Of a stretch of DNA of 64,000 nt, positions 40,964-52,825 are shown piece after piece. The translations under genes were made by a program, and so were the position numbers. This DNA is from Terriglobia bacterium (GTDB taxonomy: Bacteria; Acidobacteriota; Terriglobia; 20CM-2-55-15). The notes under the pieces are model-generated. The model saw only the letters and a list, made by a program, of their open reading frames with translations. It had not been told where the DNA came from and made no database searches. The stretch covers positions 18,763 to 82,762 of the forward strand of contig CBDCLE010000008.1 in NCBI GenBank assembly GCA_965218585.1, written 5' to 3'. Positions within the stretch are counted from its first letter, which is position 1. Every line of letters begins with the position of its first letter.

Positions 40964-41231
40964 GTGATCAAGGTCGATCTTGTCAATCAGATCGTCGCTC
41001 GCACTGGAGTCAGCAAGACCAAGGCCGAGCAAGCTGTCGACACCATTTTTGGTTCGATGAAGCAGGCCCTGAAGCGCGACGATCGCATTGAACTCAGGGG
41101 CTTTGGCGTTTTTTTCGGTCAAGCCGCGGAAGACTGGGATCGGTCGCAATCCTCGTACCGGATCCGAAGTCAGTATTCCCCCGGGTAAGGCCGTTCGATT
41201 CAAACCTGGAAAAGACCTGCAATCGTTGTAG
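40964..41231 (+). CDS. hup: HU/IHF-family DNA-binding protein; +1 frameshift in the T7 run at 41109-41115
   Basis: MIKVDLVNQI...RIELRGFGVF, then in the shifted frame SVKPRKTGIGRNPRTGSEVSIPPGKAVRFKPGKDLQSL*. GGAGG RBS. Confidence 0.92.
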
Positions 41232-41291
41232 TGTCCGGTCTAGTTCATGCGAGGCCCAGCGCTCGAGACGACGCTTGGGTCGCGTAGTTCG

Positions 41292-42215
41292 ATGGACAAC
41301 CACGCTTTCAACGGGTTGACGCCGCTAACCGCATCCGAACGGTCACCGTTTCCATGGGTGAACGTCGTTCTGTTCGCCACTACTATACTGACCACACTCG
41401 TTGTAGGAACGACGTTGATGGCGTCCTTCCAGGACGATGTGTTCCCCGAACCGGGCGGTATCTTTCGGGCGATGCTCGAACAGCCCACGTTACTCCTCTT
41501 GGGGTTGCCGTTCAGCGCATCCCTTATGTTGATCCTGTTGGCCCACGAAATGGGTCACTATCTGACTTGCCGCTACTACGGAATCTCTGCGTCTCTTCCG
41601 TACTTCATTCCGGCCCCGACGTTGATCGGCACCTTCGGTGCGTTCATCCGCATCCGTTCGCCCATTCACCATCGTGCTGCGTTGCTTGATGTCGGTGTCG
41701 CCGGCCCCATCGCGGGTTTTGTTCTGGCGCTTCCTACGTTGGCATTCGGGCTGACGCAATCGCGCTATATGGAGTTCGAGCCCGAAGGTTTGTACGTCAC
41801 GTTCGGGGAACCGCTGATCTTCAAGATCTTTGTGTATGCGGTTGGAGCCGTACCACCTCCCGGCATGGAGCTCTACATGCATCCGATCGTTCTTGCCGCC
41901 TGGGTCGGCCTGCTGGTTACCGCTCTTAACCTTCTACCGGTTGGGCAGCTCGACGGAGGACACATAGCTTACGCTCTGTTCGGACGCTTTCACAAGCGGA
42001 TCTCCCAGGTGTTCGTCTTCGCTCTCGTGCCGTTGGGAGTGTTCTATTGGCCGGGGTGGTTTGTCTGGATTTTCCTGCTCGCGATCATGGGGACGCGGCA
42101 TCCTCCAACAATGGACGATTCCGTCCCGTTGGAGCCGCGGCATGTGAAGCTGGGATGGTTTGCGTTGGTGATGCTCGTACTTTGCTTCATGCCCGAACCC
42201 GTGAGTATTTCCTAA
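41292..42215 (+). CDS. Site-2 protease (M50 family) zinc metalloprotease
   Basis: HEMGH, PYFIP...IGTFGAFI, VAGPIAG, NLLP.GQLDGGH. Start could be 41247. Confidence 0.92.
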   Translation: MDNHAFNGLTPLTASERSPFPWVNVVLFATTILTTLVVGTTLMASFQDDVFPEPGGIFRAMLEQPTLLLLGLPFSASLMLILLAHEMGHYLTCRYYGISASLPYFIPAPTLIGTFGAFIRIRSPIHHRAALLDVGVAGPIAGFVLALPTLAFGLTQSRYMEFEPEGLYVTFGEPLIFKIFVYAVGAVPPPGMELYMHPIVLAAWVGLLVTALNLLPVGQLDGGHIAYALFGRFHKRISQVFVFALVPLGVFYWPGWFVWIFLLAIMGTRHPPTMDDSVPLEPRHVKLGWFALVMLVLCFMPEPVSIS

Positions 42216-42238
42216 AAGCTGAGTTCCACTACGGGCTG

Positions 42239-43150
42239 CTATCGGCTATCAGCTGTCAGCCGATCGCCCGGCCGGTATGTTTGTAGAAACTCCAGCAGCG
42301 CCACTGCCGTTGGCGCCAGTTGTTTGTGCCGGCGGTGGACGATACCGACCGGACGGATCAGCTCAGGCATGTCAATCGGAACCGCCGCCAATACGCCCAC
42401 CTCAACCTCTCTTCGAACACTCGGGCGGGGCAGGATGCTGACACCCTCCTGCGTGGCGATCGCTTGCTTGATCGTCTCGATGTTGTCGAATTGCATGGCG
42501 ATATCGACCTTTTGACCTCTGCTTCTAAGCGCACGGTCGACTGCCTTTCGAATCGAAAGAGTCTTATCGAATGCGACGAACTTTTCTTTGGCAACTTCCG
42601 CGGCGTTGACCACTTTCGCTTTGGCAAGTGAATGCTCGGCCGAGCAGACGAAGACCATGGGCTCGGAGTGCCACGGAATTTTTGTCATCGTTCGGTTCGA
42701 GCCGGGGAATGACAGGATTCCCAGGTCCGCAGCGTCCGAATTGACAGCTTCGACGACTTCGTCCGGATGGAGGTAGGCAAGCCGTATGCGAGCACGCGGA
42801 TATTGTGCCGTAAAGTTCTGGGTATACCACCCCATGTCCTGTAAGCCGACCGAGTAGATCACGGCCACGCGCACTGTTCCTTCGATCCGGGTCTTGTGAG
42901 TGTTGATTTCAGCCTTCGCCTTCTCAAGACATTCGACTATCTCCTGGCAGGCTTCGAAGAAGACATTGCCCTCCGGCGTAATCGCAAAGGGACGCTTGGT
43001 CCGATCGATAAGCTGGACCCCCAATTCCTGCTCCAGCTGCCGCACGGATTGACTTGCCGCGGACTGTGAGACATGGTTGGCCGCCGCGCCGAGCGAAAAG
43101 CTGTTGGAACGGATGACGTCCGAGAAGAGGTAGAGGGTCTCCAGGTTCAT
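42239..43150 (-). CDS. LysR-family transcriptional regulator divergent from gltBD
   Basis: N-terminal HTH (SFS..A....SQSA.SQ.VRQLE.ELG..LIDR) plus substrate-binding domain. Confidence 0.95.
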   Translation of the reverse strand: MNLETLYLFSDVIRSNSFSLGAAANHVSQSAASQSVRQLEQELGVQLIDRTKRPFAITPEGNVFFEACQEIVECLEKAKAEINTHKTRIEGTVRVAVIYSVGLQDMGWYTQNFTAQYPRARIRLAYLHPDEVVEAVNSDAADLGILSFPGSNRTMTKIPWHSEPMVFVCSAEHSLAKAKVVNAAEVAKEKFVAFDKTLSIRKAVDRALRSRGQKVDIAMQFDNIETIKQAIATQEGVSILPRPSVRREVEVGVLAAVPIDMPELIRPVGIVHRRHKQLAPTAVALLEFLQTYRPGDRLTADSR

Positions 43151-43166
43151 ATTTGGAACGTATAAT

Positions 43167-43181
43167 ATAAGAATTACTTAT
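43167..43181. promoter_or_regulatory. LysR-type T-N11-A operator
   Basis: Perfect inverted repeat ATAAG-AATTA-CTTAT in the AT-rich divergent promoter region. Confidence 0.7.
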
Positions 43182-43362
43182 GCAAAGTAATTATATTTTT
43201 CCAGATGACTTATTTTCTGAAAAAGCTTAAAGTCTACGGATGCCCGTGCCCGGATTTGCCCACCGGTTTTCGTCGTAAGACTCCTCCAGGGATAGTTTTG
43301 GAGAACCCACGCGGGGACGTAAACCCTTATGTGGCAGTGAATCTGGCATGTAGTCAGGAGAA

Positions 43363-46300
43363 GTGTCTAAGTTGAACGAGAGAGCGAAACGACCAACGAA
43401 AGGCGGATTGTACGATCCCAGCTTCGAGCACGACGCCTGTGGTGTGGGTTTTGTGGTCGATATCGAGGGAAAACCTTCGAATCGGATCGTTCAGCAGGGT
43501 CTCGAAGTCCTGATGAATTTGCGGCATCGCGGTGCCAAGGGTGCCGAGGCCAACACCGGAGACGGTGCGGGCATTTTGTTGCAGATTCCACATCAATTCT
43601 TCGATCAGGAACTGGGCCGAAACAACATGCAGCTGCCCGGCCCCGGTGAGTACGGTGTGGGGATGGTTTTTCTGCCTCCCGAAGATGCTGAGGCCCAGAA
43701 GATTCAGGCTCTGGTGGAAAATGCCGTTTATAGAACAGGCCAAACCCTGTTGGGTTGGCGTGACGTACCCACCGATAATTCTCCGATCGGCACGAGCGCA
43801 CGCGGGGCTGAACCTCGGATTCGCCAGGTTTTTATCGGGAGAGGTGCGGAAACCGAAGCCGCCGACCTCGAACGCAAACTTCTCCTTGTTCGCAAGCGTG
43901 CCGAGAGGGCGGTTCGGGAGTCGTCTATTTCCGGACGGGAGGACTTCTACGTTGCCAGCCTGTCCGCGCGCACCGTCGCTTACAAAGGCATGCTCTCGGC
44001 AGAACAGATTGAAACGTATTTCCCGGACCTTCAAGATCCGCAGATGACGTCGGCGCTTGCGCTCGTTCATCAACGTTTCAGCACGAATACCTTTCCAAGT
44101 TGGCCGCTTGCTCAGCCCTTCCGCTACCTCGCGCACAACGGCGAGATCAACACGTTGCGTGGAAACATTAATTGGATGCGTGCGCGTGAAGGATTGTTCC
44201 GTTCCGAGTTTTTCGGTGAAGACCTGGGAGACCTCTTTCCAGTAGCTATCGAAGGTGGTAGCGACTCTGCGATCATCGACAACGCGCTCGAGATGTTGAT
44301 GTTGTGCGGCCGTTCGCTGCAGCATGCCGTCATGATGCTCATTCCTGAGGCTTGGGACGGCCACGAAAGCATGAGCGAAGAGAAGAAGGCGTTTTACGAG
44401 TATCACGCCTGTCTGATGGAGCCGTGGGATGGTCCGGCTTCGATAGCGTTTACCGACGGGAACGTGATCGGTGCCGTGCTCGACAGGAACGGGTTGCGCC
44501 CATCGAGGTATTGCGTCACCAAAGACGGCACGGTCGTCATGGCGTCCGAAGTCGGGGTGCTGGACATTCCACCCGAACAGGTGGAGCGGAAAGGACGTCT
44601 GGAGCCGGGCAAGATGTTCCTGATCGATACCGAACAGGGACGCATCATCGACGATCAGGAACTGAAGCACGAGATGGCCACCGCCCAGCCGTATGGGGAA
44701 TGGCTCGATGCTCATATGGTTCGGCTCGGTGATTTACCCGATGCCGAGGCCGTGGCCGAACCGGAACACGCGACTGTTCTCCGCCGGCAGCAGATTTTCG
44801 GATACACGCACGAGGACCTGCGAATCCTGATGGCTCCCATGGCCATAAACGGAGTGGAAGGTCTGGGATCGATGGGGAACGACACTCCGCTGGCGGTTTT
44901 TTCCGACAACGCGCCTCCCCTGTTCAGCTACTTCAAACAGTTGTTTGCTCAGGTGACGAATCCTCCACTGGATGCGATCCGCGAGGAATTGGTCACATCG
45001 ACGATCAGCTATATCGGCGCAGAAAAAGATCTCATCAGTCCGGAACCCGACAGTGCGAAGCAGATTCGAATTCTCTCGCCTGTCCTGGACAACGTGGAGC
45101 TGGGAAGACTTCAGAACCTTCGACTGGACGGTTACCAAACCCGGACCTTATCGATGTTGTTCCCAACCGGGGAGAGAGGAATCGGGCTTCGTCGTGAATT
45201 GGATGCCCTCTGCGAGGCGGCGAGCCAGGCGGTCGATGACGGTGTCAATATTCTCATCCTTTCTGACCGGGGTGTCGACCGACAACAGGCGCCCATACCC
45301 AGTCTGCTGGCGATGGCCGGCGTCCACCACCACCTCGTACGCGAAGGCAAGCGGACGCGAACCGCGATCGTCCTGGAGACCGGCGAAGCGCGGGAAGTCC
45401 ACCAATACTGTCTCCTGATCGGTTACGGGGCAACGGCGATCAACCCGTACCTCGCGTTTGAAACACTCGACGACATGATCGGGCAAAAACTGATCGACAT
45501 GACCCACCAAGAGGCCGTCAACCACTACATGAAGGCCGTCAAGAAGGGGATCATCAAAGTGATGTCGAAGATGGGGATTTCCACACTCCAGAGTTACCGC
45601 GGTGCGCAGATTTTCGAGGCGATAGGCCTGAACCGGGACTTCGTCGACCGGTATTTTACGTGGACTCCGTCGCGCATCGGAGGTATCGGACTCGACGAGA
45701 TCGCCGAGGAAGTCCTGACGCATCACAAAAGGGCGTATCCGGATCGTTCGGTCCGATCTGCTGATCTGGATTGGGGTGGGCAGTACCAGTGGCGCCGCGA
45801 GGGTGAGTACCACATGTACAACCCCGAAACGATCCACATGCTTCAATATTCGACGCGTGCGAACGACTACGAGTTGTTTAAGAAGTTCAGTGCAGCGGCC
45901 AACGAAACCGAGAAGAAACTTTGCACTCTTCGGGGACTGCTTGATTTCAAGACTGCTGACAAGCGCGTGCCTCTGGACGAAGTCGAGCCTATGGATTCGA
46001 TCGTAACTCGGTTCGCAACAGGTGCGATGTCGTTCGGCTCGATCAGTAAAGAGGCCCATGAGGCCCTTGCGATCGCGATGAATCGCCTTGGAGCCAAGAG
46101 CAATACAGGGGAGGGCGGTGAAGATCCTGCCCGGTACGTGCCCGACGCCAACGGGGATTCGCGTAAGAGCGCGGTCAAGCAAGTCGCATCCGGTCGTTTT
46201 GGAGTCACGAGCGAGTATCTTGTCAGCGCCGAGGAACTGCAGATCAAGATGGCTCAGGGCGCAAAGCCAGGAGAAGGCGGACAGCTTCCCGGATACAAGG

Positions 46301-47910
46301 TGGACAAGAACATAGCGCGCGTCCGTCACTCCACGCCTGGAGTGGGGTTGATATCGCCACCGCCGCACCACGACATCTATTCAATCGAGGACCTGGCACA
46401 ACTGATCTTCGATCTGAAGAACTCAAACCCGCGTGCACGTATCAGCGTCAAGCTGGTATCCGAAGTTGGTGTGGGGACGGTGGCTGCCGGGGTTTCCAAG
46501 GCACATTCCGATGTCGTTCTGATTTCCGGTGATAGCGGAGGGACCGGCGCGTCGCCCCTGACCAGTATCAAGCATGCCGGAATTCCCTGGGAGTTGGGTC
46601 TGGCGGAAACACATCAGGTGCTGGTGGCCAACGATCTCCGGAGCCGCATCATCGTCCAGACCGACGGTCAGATGAAGACGGGCCGTGACGTTGTCGTCGC
46701 CGCGCTGCTGGGAGCCGAAGAATTCGGTATCGCGACAGCTGCCTTGATCGTATCGGGTTGCATCATGATGCGTGTGTGCCACCTCAACACGTGCCCTGTT
46801 GGAATCGCAACACAGGATCCACGTTTAAGGGCCAAGTATGCGGGCGATCCGTCTCATGTCGTGAACTACTTCCGGTTCGTGGCTGAAGAAGTTCGGGAAT
46901 TGATGGCGCAATTGGGATTTCGGACCGTTGATGAGATGGTGGGACGGATGGACCGGTTGGAAACCGATCGGGCCATTGACCACTGGAAGGGCAAGAAGCT
47001 GGATCTGACATCTGTCCTCCAGGCGCCCGAAGTTCCTTCAGACGTGGGGACAAGAAAACTCGAGGAGCAGGATCATGGCATCGATGCCGTACTGGACCGG
47101 AAGCTGATCGAATTGGCGAGCGAGGCCTTGGAACACAAGCGTCCCATCGAAGCTCGCCTGCAGATCCGGAACTCGGATCGGACGACGGGTACGATTCTGG
47201 GAAGTGAAGTGACCCGGCGGCACGGGGCCGACGGTCTGCCCGAAGACACGATCGGATTCTATTTCAAAGGTTCCGCCGGCCAGAGTTTCGCGGCGTTTGT
47301 ACCTTCAGGCATGACGTTGACGCTCGAGGGCGATGCCAACGATTACATGGCCAAGGGACTGTCGGGTGGTCGGGTCATTGTCTTTCCGCCTAGAAAATCT
47401 ACTTTCGTGCCTGAAGAAAACGTAATCGTCGGCAACGTCGTTCTATACGGCGCGACCGGAGGCGAGGTCTTTATCCGCGGTCTGGCTGGGGAACGATTCT
47501 GTGTACGCAACAGCGGTGCTGTCGCTGTTGTGGAAGGTGTCGGAGACCATGCCTGCGAATACATGACTGGCGGTCGTGTCGTTGTTCTGGGCCCGAGCGG
47601 TCGCAACTTTGCAGCGGGGATGAGCGGAGGCATCGCTTACGTTCTGGATCGAGAGGACGACTTCGCCGGGCGGTGCAATCTGGAGATGGTCGATCTGGAA
47701 CACTTCGAAGGGCCGGCCGAAGACGGTTTCGTCCGGTATCTGATCGAGAGGCACGTCAACTATACAGACAGTGATTATGCCAGAGATATCCTCGAAGATT
47801 GGGATAAGAACCGTGCACGGTTCGTCAAGGTTATGCCTCTGGATTATCGGCGCGTGTTGAACGAACAGAAGAGCAGCCCGGATGACTCGATGGAGATCGT
47901 GCATGGGTGA
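43363..47910 (+). CDS. gltB: Glutamate synthase large subunit
   Basis: HDACGVGF Ntn Cys, [50 protein letters not shown]. Confidence 0.99.
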   Translation: MSKLNERAKRPTKGGLYDPSFEHDACGVGFVVDIEGKPSNRIVQQGLEVLMNLRHRGAKGAEANTGDGAGILLQIPHQFFDQELGRNNMQLPGPGEYGVGMVFLPPEDAEAQKIQALVENAVYRTGQTLLGWRDVPTDNSPIGTSARGAEPRIRQVFIGRGAETEAADLERKLLLVRKRAERAVRESSISGREDFYVASLSARTVAYKGMLSAEQIETYFPDLQDPQMTSALALVHQRFSTNTFPSWPLAQPFRYLAHNGEINTLRGNINWMRAREGLFRSEFFGEDLGDLFPVAIEGGSDSAIIDNALEMLMLCGRSLQHAVMMLIPEAWDGHESMSEEKKAFYEYHACLMEPWDGPASIAFTDGNVIGAVLDRNGLRPSRYCVTKDGTVVMASEVGVLDIPPEQVERKGRLEPGKMFLIDTEQGRIIDDQELKHEMATAQPYGEWLDAHMVRLGDLPDAEAVAEPEHATVLRRQQIFGYTHEDLRILMAPMAINGVEGLGSMGNDTPLAVFSDNAPPLFSYFKQLFAQVTNPPLDAIREELVTSTISYIGAEKDLISPEPDSAKQIRILSPVLDNVELGRLQNLRLDGYQTRTLSMLFPTGERGIGLRRELDALCEAASQAVDDGVNILILSDRGVDRQQAPIPSLLAMAGVHHHLVREGKRTRTAIVLETGEAREVHQYCLLIGYGATAINPYLAFETLDDMIGQKLIDMTHQEAVNHYMKAVKKGIIKVMSKMGISTLQSYRGAQIFEAIGLNRDFVDRYFTWTPSRIGGIGLDEIAEEVLTHHKRAYPDRSVRSADLDWGGQYQWRREGEYHMYNPETIHMLQYSTRANDYELFKKFSAAANETEKKLCTLRGLLDFKTADKRVPLDEVEPMDSIVTRFATGAMSFGSISKEAHEALAIAMNRLGAKSNTGEGGEDPARYVPDANGDSRKSAVKQVASGRFGVTSEYLVSAEELQIKMAQGAKPGEGGQLPGYKVDKNIARVRHSTPGVGLISPPPHHDIYSIEDLAQLIFDLKNSNPRARISVKLVSEVGVGTVAAGVSKAHSDVVLISGDSGGTGASPLTSIKHAGIPWELGLAETHQVLVANDLRSRIIVQTDGQMKTGRDVVVAALLGAEEFGIATAALIVSGCIMMRVCHLNTCPVGIATQDPRLRAKYAGDPSHVVNYFRFVAEEVRELMAQLGFRTVDEMVGRMDRLETDRAIDHWKGKKLDLTSVLQAPEVPSDVGTRKLEEQDHGIDAVLDRKLIELASEALEHKRPIEARLQIRNSDRTTGTILGSEVTRRHGADGLPEDTIGFYFKGSAGQSFAAFVPSGMTLTLEGDANDYMAKGLSGGRVIVFPPRKSTFVPEENVIVGNVVLYGATGGEVFIRGLAGERFCVRNSGAVAVVEGVGDHACEYMTGGRVVVLGPSGRNFAAGMSGGIAYVLDREDDFAGRCNLEMVDLEHFEGPAEDGFVRYLIERHVNYTDSDYARDILEDWDKNRARFVKVMPLDYRRVLNEQKSSPDDSMEIVHG

Positions 47911-49351
47911 TCCCTCCGGTTTCTTGGAAATCGCGCGAGTACTGCCGGACCGGCGACCCGTTTCTGAGCGTCTCAAGGACTGGAAAGAGGTCTATCGAGA
48001 TTTTCCGGAAACGGACCTTCGGAAACAGGCCGCCCGATGCATGGATTGTGGAATTCCTTTCTGTCAAAAGGGTTGCCCGATCGGCAACATCATTCCAGAC
48101 TGGAACGACCTCATCTACCGCGACAACTGGTCCGAGGCGATCGAACGCCTGTCGGCGACCAACAATTTCCCTGAATTTACTGGGCGGTTGTGCCCGGCGC
48201 CATGTGAAGGATCTTGTGTTCTGGGCATCAACGACGATGCGGTTACGATCAAGCAGATCGAAGTGACGATCGTCGAGCGGGCCTTCGATGAAGGCTGGAT
48301 CGTGGCGACACCGCCCCCTGGGAGGACGGAGAAAAAAGTGGCCGTTGTCGGGTCAGGTCCCGCGGGTCTGGCCGCAGCGGACCTTCTCAATCGAGCGGGC
48401 CACAGTGTGACCGTGCTCGAACGTGATGACCGCATAGGTGGTTTGCTCCGGTACGGGATTCCTGAGTTCAAAATGGAGACGCGCATTCTCGACCGCAGAT
48501 TGGACCTGATGGAAGCCGAAGGCGTGCGGTTCCAGACCAACGCGAACGTTGGCGTCAATATAAAACCGGACACGCTACAGAACGATTACGACGCCATTCT
48601 GCTGGCCGGGGGTGCGACGGCCCCCAGGGATCTTCCCGTGTCAGGCCGCGACCTGGATGGTGTCCACTTTGCTATGGAGTACCTGCCGATGCAGAACAAG
48701 CGTTGCGAGGGAGACGCCATTGCCGAAGACGCCTTCATTTCGGCCGAGGGTAAGCGCGTGGTCATCATTGGTGGCGGCGACACGGGCGCGGACTGTCTGG
48801 GAACGGCGCACCGTCAGGGGGCGGCCTCCATCCATCAGTTCGAGCTGCTGGATCGACCTCCAGACTCTCGGTCCGAAGACAATCCCTGGCCAAACTGGCC
48901 AAATATATTCCGGACTTCGTCGGCTCACGAGGAAGGCGGCGACCGGGAGTTCAATGTTTCCACGAAAAGTTTCACGGGATCCGATGGCCGAGTTCAAAAG
49001 CTTCATGGCGTCAAGGTCCGGATAGAAAGAGGCGAAGGCGGCCGGTTTAACATCGAAGAGCTGCCCGATTCTGAATTCGAAATTGAAGTGGATCTCGTGT
49101 TGCTGGCGATGGGTTTCTTGGGGCCCGAGAAAGAAGGAATGCTCGGCCAGTTGGGTGTGGACCTCGACAATCGTGGCAACGTCGGCACGGATTCCGACAA
49201 GATGACCAACGTGGACGGAGTCTTTGCAGCCGGCGATATGGTGCGGGGCCAGTCCCTGATCGTGTGGGCCATTCACGAAGGCCGGGAAGCGGCTCGTGGG
49301 ATGGACAAGTATCTGCTGGGTTCCACCGAGATTCCGTCGTTCAATTTGTAG
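47903..49351 (+). CDS. gltD: Glutamate synthase small subunit
   Basis: [57 protein letters not shown]. Confidence 0.98.
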   Translation: MGDPSGFLEIARVLPDRRPVSERLKDWKEVYRDFPETDLRKQAARCMDCGIPFCQKGCPIGNIIPDWNDLIYRDNWSEAIERLSATNNFPEFTGRLCPAPCEGSCVLGINDDAVTIKQIEVTIVERAFDEGWIVATPPPGRTEKKVAVVGSGPAGLAAADLLNRAGHSVTVLERDDRIGGLLRYGIPEFKMETRILDRRLDLMEAEGVRFQTNANVGVNIKPDTLQNDYDAILLAGGATAPRDLPVSGRDLDGVHFAMEYLPMQNKRCEGDAIAEDAFISAEGKRVVIIGGGDTGADCLGTAHRQGAASIHQFELLDRPPDSRSEDNPWPNWPNIFRTSSAHEEGGDREFNVSTKSFTGSDGRVQKLHGVKVRIERGEGGRFNIEELPDSEFEIEVDLVLLAMGFLGPEKEGMLGQLGVDLDNRGNVGTDSDKMTNVDGVFAAGDMVRGQSLIVWAIHEGREAARGMDKYLLGSTEIPSFNL

Positions 49352-49380
49352 AACCCTTAAACGAACCTGTCGCAAGCCTT

Positions 49381-49472
49381 CGGAAAATTCCAGGGACAGA
49401 CTCCTATTTCCGTATCAGCGATCGGTGGCTCGAAAGTGTCTTCGGAAATAGGGGTCTGTCCCGAATTTTCCG
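49381..49472. repeat. ~30-bp inverted repeat (GGGACAG type) between gltD and lysC
   Basis: CGGAAAATTCCAGGGACAGACTCCTATTTCCG ... CGGAAATAGGGGTCTGTCCCGAATTTTCCG. Confidence 0.8.
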
Positions 49473-49485
49473 GTATCTTCCTAAT

Positions 49486-50826
49486 ATGATCGTAATGAAG
49501 TTTGGCGGGACTTCCGTCAAGGATGCGGAAGCTATCGACCGTGCGTGCGGGATCGTTCATTCTCGACTGGATCGAGCCCCCCTTGTGGTCGTCAGTGCGC
49601 TCTCAGGCGTGACCAGTGCTTTGCTGGAGGCCGCACAGTGGGCTGGGCAAGGCCAACTCGGCAAGTCCATGGAGATATTCGAACGATTGCGTACGCTTCA
49701 CGTCGATTTGATGCCGGGCCTGGATTCCGACTTGAACGGATTGAAGCAAGCCCTCACTGAAGTGTCCGACGCGGGACGCCTAAGCCCCCAGATGGAAGAC
49801 CGTATCGCGTCCCATGGAGAGCTGCTCTCCTCTCAGATCTTTGCGGATCGGCTGCAGTCCCTGACGCCGGCAACCCACGTCGATGCCCGGAAGTGCCTGA
49901 TCACAGATGACAACTTCAACCGTGCGAATCCCGTCATTGAAGATACCCGTGCAGCTGCCGACGAGATCATACGGCCTTTGATTGAGGCGGGTCAGGTCGT
50001 CGTCATGGGGGGGTATATCGCTTCGACTCGCTCTGGAGAGACGTCGACGCTTGGACGGGGCGGTTCAGATTTCTCGGCCACGTTGTTTGCGAGTTGCATG
50101 GGAGCCGATGAGGTAGAGATCTGGACGGATGTCGATGGAATGATGAGCGCAGACCCCCGAATCGTTGCGGACGCCTGGACCATCAAGCACATATCGTTTG
50201 CCGAAGCGTCCGAGCTGGCCTATTTCGGAGCTAAGGTCCTGCATCCCTCGACTGTACTGCCCGCGGTTCGAAACGACATACCGGTACGGATTTTGAACTC
50301 CCGTCGACCCGAGCGTCAGGGCACGGTCGTTACTTCCGACGCCCCCATCGGCAAGTCTATTGTGAAGTCATTTGCTGTGAAGCGCCCGATCACTGCCGTG
50401 ACCGTGACGTCGTCTAGAATGTTGATGGCCCACGGTTTCCTGCGTGCGTTGTTCGAAGTCTTTGACAGGCATCAGGTCAGCGTCGACGTCGTCACCACCT
50501 CGGAGGTGTCCGTATCCCTGACGACGGACGACAACAGGGCGCTCGAAAGTGTCGTCCAGGAGCTTGGGTCGCTGGGAAAGGTCGAAGTCGAGCGGGGTCT
50601 GGCCTTGGTGTGCATAGTCGGGTCGAACATGAACAATCGTCCTGGGATTGCAGCACAAACCTTCCACTGCCTTTCGAACATCAACATCCGGATGATTTCC
50701 CAGGGCGCGTCGGAAATCAATATCAGTTTCGTCGTCGCCGAAGAACAGGCCGATGCCGCGATCCGCAACCTCCACGACCATTTCTTTGCGTCGCCCGATC
50801 CCGAAATATTCGAACACCCCGACTAA
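49486..50826 (+). CDS. lysC: Aspartate kinase (AKIII-like, two ACT domains)
   Basis: MKFGGTSV, VVVSA..GVT, TLGRGGSDFSA, WTDVDG, ELAYFGAKVLHP, MISQGASE.NIS. Confidence 0.96.
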   Translation: MIVMKFGGTSVKDAEAIDRACGIVHSRLDRAPLVVVSALSGVTSALLEAAQWAGQGQLGKSMEIFERLRTLHVDLMPGLDSDLNGLKQALTEVSDAGRLSPQMEDRIASHGELLSSQIFADRLQSLTPATHVDARKCLITDDNFNRANPVIEDTRAAADEIIRPLIEAGQVVVMGGYIASTRSGETSTLGRGGSDFSATLFASCMGADEVEIWTDVDGMMSADPRIVADAWTIKHISFAEASELAYFGAKVLHPSTVLPAVRNDIPVRILNSRRPERQGTVVTSDAPIGKSIVKSFAVKRPITAVTVTSSRMLMAHGFLRALFEVFDRHQVSVDVVTTSEVSVSLTTDDNRALESVVQELGSLGKVEVERGLALVCIVGSNMNNRPGIAAQTFHCLSNINIRMISQGASEINISFVVAEEQADAAIRNLHDHFFASPDPEIFEHPD

Positions 50827-51048
50827 AAATACCTCAACGCAGAGACGCAGAGGAAGATCTCTTGGTTACCGACGTTGCATCAATTCATAGTTCTTCGGTT
50901 TGGCGACAGTGCTGTTTGTAACCCAGAATGGTTCGGTAAGCAGGATTCTTCAGAAACTAAAACCTCTGCGCCTCTGCGTTGTTCTCTTCTTCTCTGTGAC
51001 TCCGTGCCTCTGTGGTGCGGCTTCTGGTTTCCGGTATACTCGACCCAC

Positions 51049-51912
51049 ATGTTAGGCCGCAGAACAGAAGGTTCCGTTGTCTGTCCTTCATGCGGAATGC
51101 TGGTCGGTGTTCGCGACGACGAGTGTTTGAATTGCGGGCGCCGGAATCCAGGTCTATGGGGGTTCGCCCCGATACTAGCCAAGCTTGGACGGGGAAATCT
51201 CGAAGAATCTTTCGTTCAGTTCATCACTATCGCTTGCGCGACGGTGTATGTGGCTTCCCTGCTGGTGGACTACAGCGGCATACGCATGGGCGGCATAATG
51301 GGGTTCCTGTCCCCGAGCACGTCAGGCCTGTTTCTGTTTGGGGCGAGCGGGGCGCTGCCCGTCTTTCAATTCGATCGTTGGTGGACGTTTCTGACCGCGA
51401 CATGGCTCCACGGTAGTCTGATTCACATCCTTTTCAATATGTATGCGGTGCGGATGGTAGGACCGGCCATCATCGAGTTCTACGGTTTGAGCCGGATGAT
51501 CATCATCTATGTGGTGGCGGGTTCCGCTGGCTTCTTTCTGACGTCGACTGTTGGGTATCTTTTTCCTTTCCCTATTCCGTTTCTGGGCGGCGCCAACCTG
51601 ACAGTCGGAGCTTCAGCCTCGCTCCTGGGCCTGATTGGTGCAGCGATGTACTATTCCCGCCGTAGCGGGAGCAGCATGATTGCACAGCAGCTGCGGCCAT
51701 GGCTGATCTATATCGTCGTTATGGGTCTGATCATTCCCAATATCGACAACATGGCTCACCTCGGAGGCTTCCTTGGAGGCTACGGTGTGTCGGCGTGGCT
51801 GGATCCGTTGAAACCGGAACGCCTGGACCACACGGTCGGCGCGCTATTGTGTATCGGCTTGACCGCACTGGCCATCGTAGTTTCCGTTATCCACGGACTC
51901 CAGTTCATTTAA
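51049..51912 (+). CDS. Rhomboid family protease with N-terminal zinc ribbon
   Basis: CPSC..CLNC, WW...TA.WLHG..IHILFNM, VGASA, IDNMAHLGG. Confidence 0.9.
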   Translation: MLGRRTEGSVVCPSCGMLVGVRDDECLNCGRRNPGLWGFAPILAKLGRGNLEESFVQFITIACATVYVASLLVDYSGIRMGGIMGFLSPSTSGLFLFGASGALPVFQFDRWWTFLTATWLHGSLIHILFNMYAVRMVGPAIIEFYGLSRMIIIYVVAGSAGFFLTSTVGYLFPFPIPFLGGANLTVGASASLLGLIGAAMYYSRRSGSSMIAQQLRPWLIYIVVMGLIIPNIDNMAHLGGFLGGYGVSAWLDPLKPERLDHTVGALLCIGLTALAIVVSVIHGLQFI

Positions 51913-51967
51913 CGCAAATTAGCTGTACGGATTGCGCGGATTAAGAAGCGTAGATTCGACGGACGAG

Positions 51968-52789
51968 TTACCGATTTGGCGGATTGGGAATCGCGGAAAG
52001 ATTCGGCGCGCGCAATTCCCGAACGATCCCGAACAGAGCCAGGAACTTCAAGACGTAGTACGTGATGTCGATTTCCCACCACCTCAAACCCTGACGGGCG
52101 CTATACAGGAACTGGTGGTGATTGTTGTGCCAGCCTTCTCCCAGGGTGATCAGGGCGAGGAAGAAATTGTTCCGACTCTCGTCGCCTGTTTCAAAGCGTC
52201 TAGATCCCCAGACATGCGCGAGGGAATTGATTGTGAACGTGCCATGCCACAGCACAACAGTCGAAACGATGAATCCCCAGACAAAGGCGGGAAAGCCTCC
52301 CACCGCAAACAACGCAGCACCAAACAGGATTGCAGGCACCCTGTGGTATTTGTTCAAGAGCCTGAGTTCCGGGAACTTATCAAAATCCGCTGTGATCCGG
52401 CTGTCATATCCCCTCGACTTCGCGTCAAGAAGCCATCCCATGTGCGACCACCAAAGGCTCTTGCGGACGGGAGAATGGACGTCGTCGTCTGTTTCCGAGT
52501 AGCGATGGTGAGTGCGATGATGCGCCGCCCACCACAACACGCCCATTTGTGCGCTGGTCTGGGCGAGAAAGGCCAAGAGAAACTGAGACAGGCGGTTGAG
52601 CTTGAAGGCCCGATGGCTGAAATAGCGATGATAACCGGCCGTGATTGCGAACATTCGCACACCATAGGTGACGACGAGCAACACAAGATATGACCACTTG
52701 AACGGTGTCCACAACAGAAGCAAGCACCCCGCGTGTAGCGGGGCAAAAGCGACAATTGTGCTGAAATTAAGTCGTCCGAATCGATTCAT
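51968..52789 (-). CDS. Acyl-CoA (delta-9-type) fatty acid desaturase
   Basis: His boxes GYHRYFSH, HRTHH, GEGWHNNHH; INSLAH; WWEID. Confidence 0.94.
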   Translation of the reverse strand: MNRFGRLNFSTIVAFAPLHAGCLLLLWTPFKWSYLVLLVVTYGVRMFAITAGYHRYFSHRAFKLNRLSQFLLAFLAQTSAQMGVLWWAAHHRTHHRYSETDDDVHSPVRKSLWWSHMGWLLDAKSRGYDSRITADFDKFPELRLLNKYHRVPAILFGAALFAVGGFPAFVWGFIVSTVVLWHGTFTINSLAHVWGSRRFETGDESRNNFFLALITLGEGWHNNHHQFLYSARQGLRWWEIDITYYVLKFLALFGIVRELRAPNLSAIPNPPNR

Positions 52790-52825
52790 ATACAGGCCTG
52801 GCCAGGAGCGGCCTATCGCACACGA

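Noticed and set aside
43354-46371. Long minus-strand ORFs (453 aa and 407 aa)
   Set aside because: Antisense to the highly conserved gltB.
49264-49485. Upstream extensions of lysC (and of the rhomboid, 50875-51048)
   Set aside because: They cross intergenic repeats; conserved domains begin at ATG 49486 and ATG 51049.
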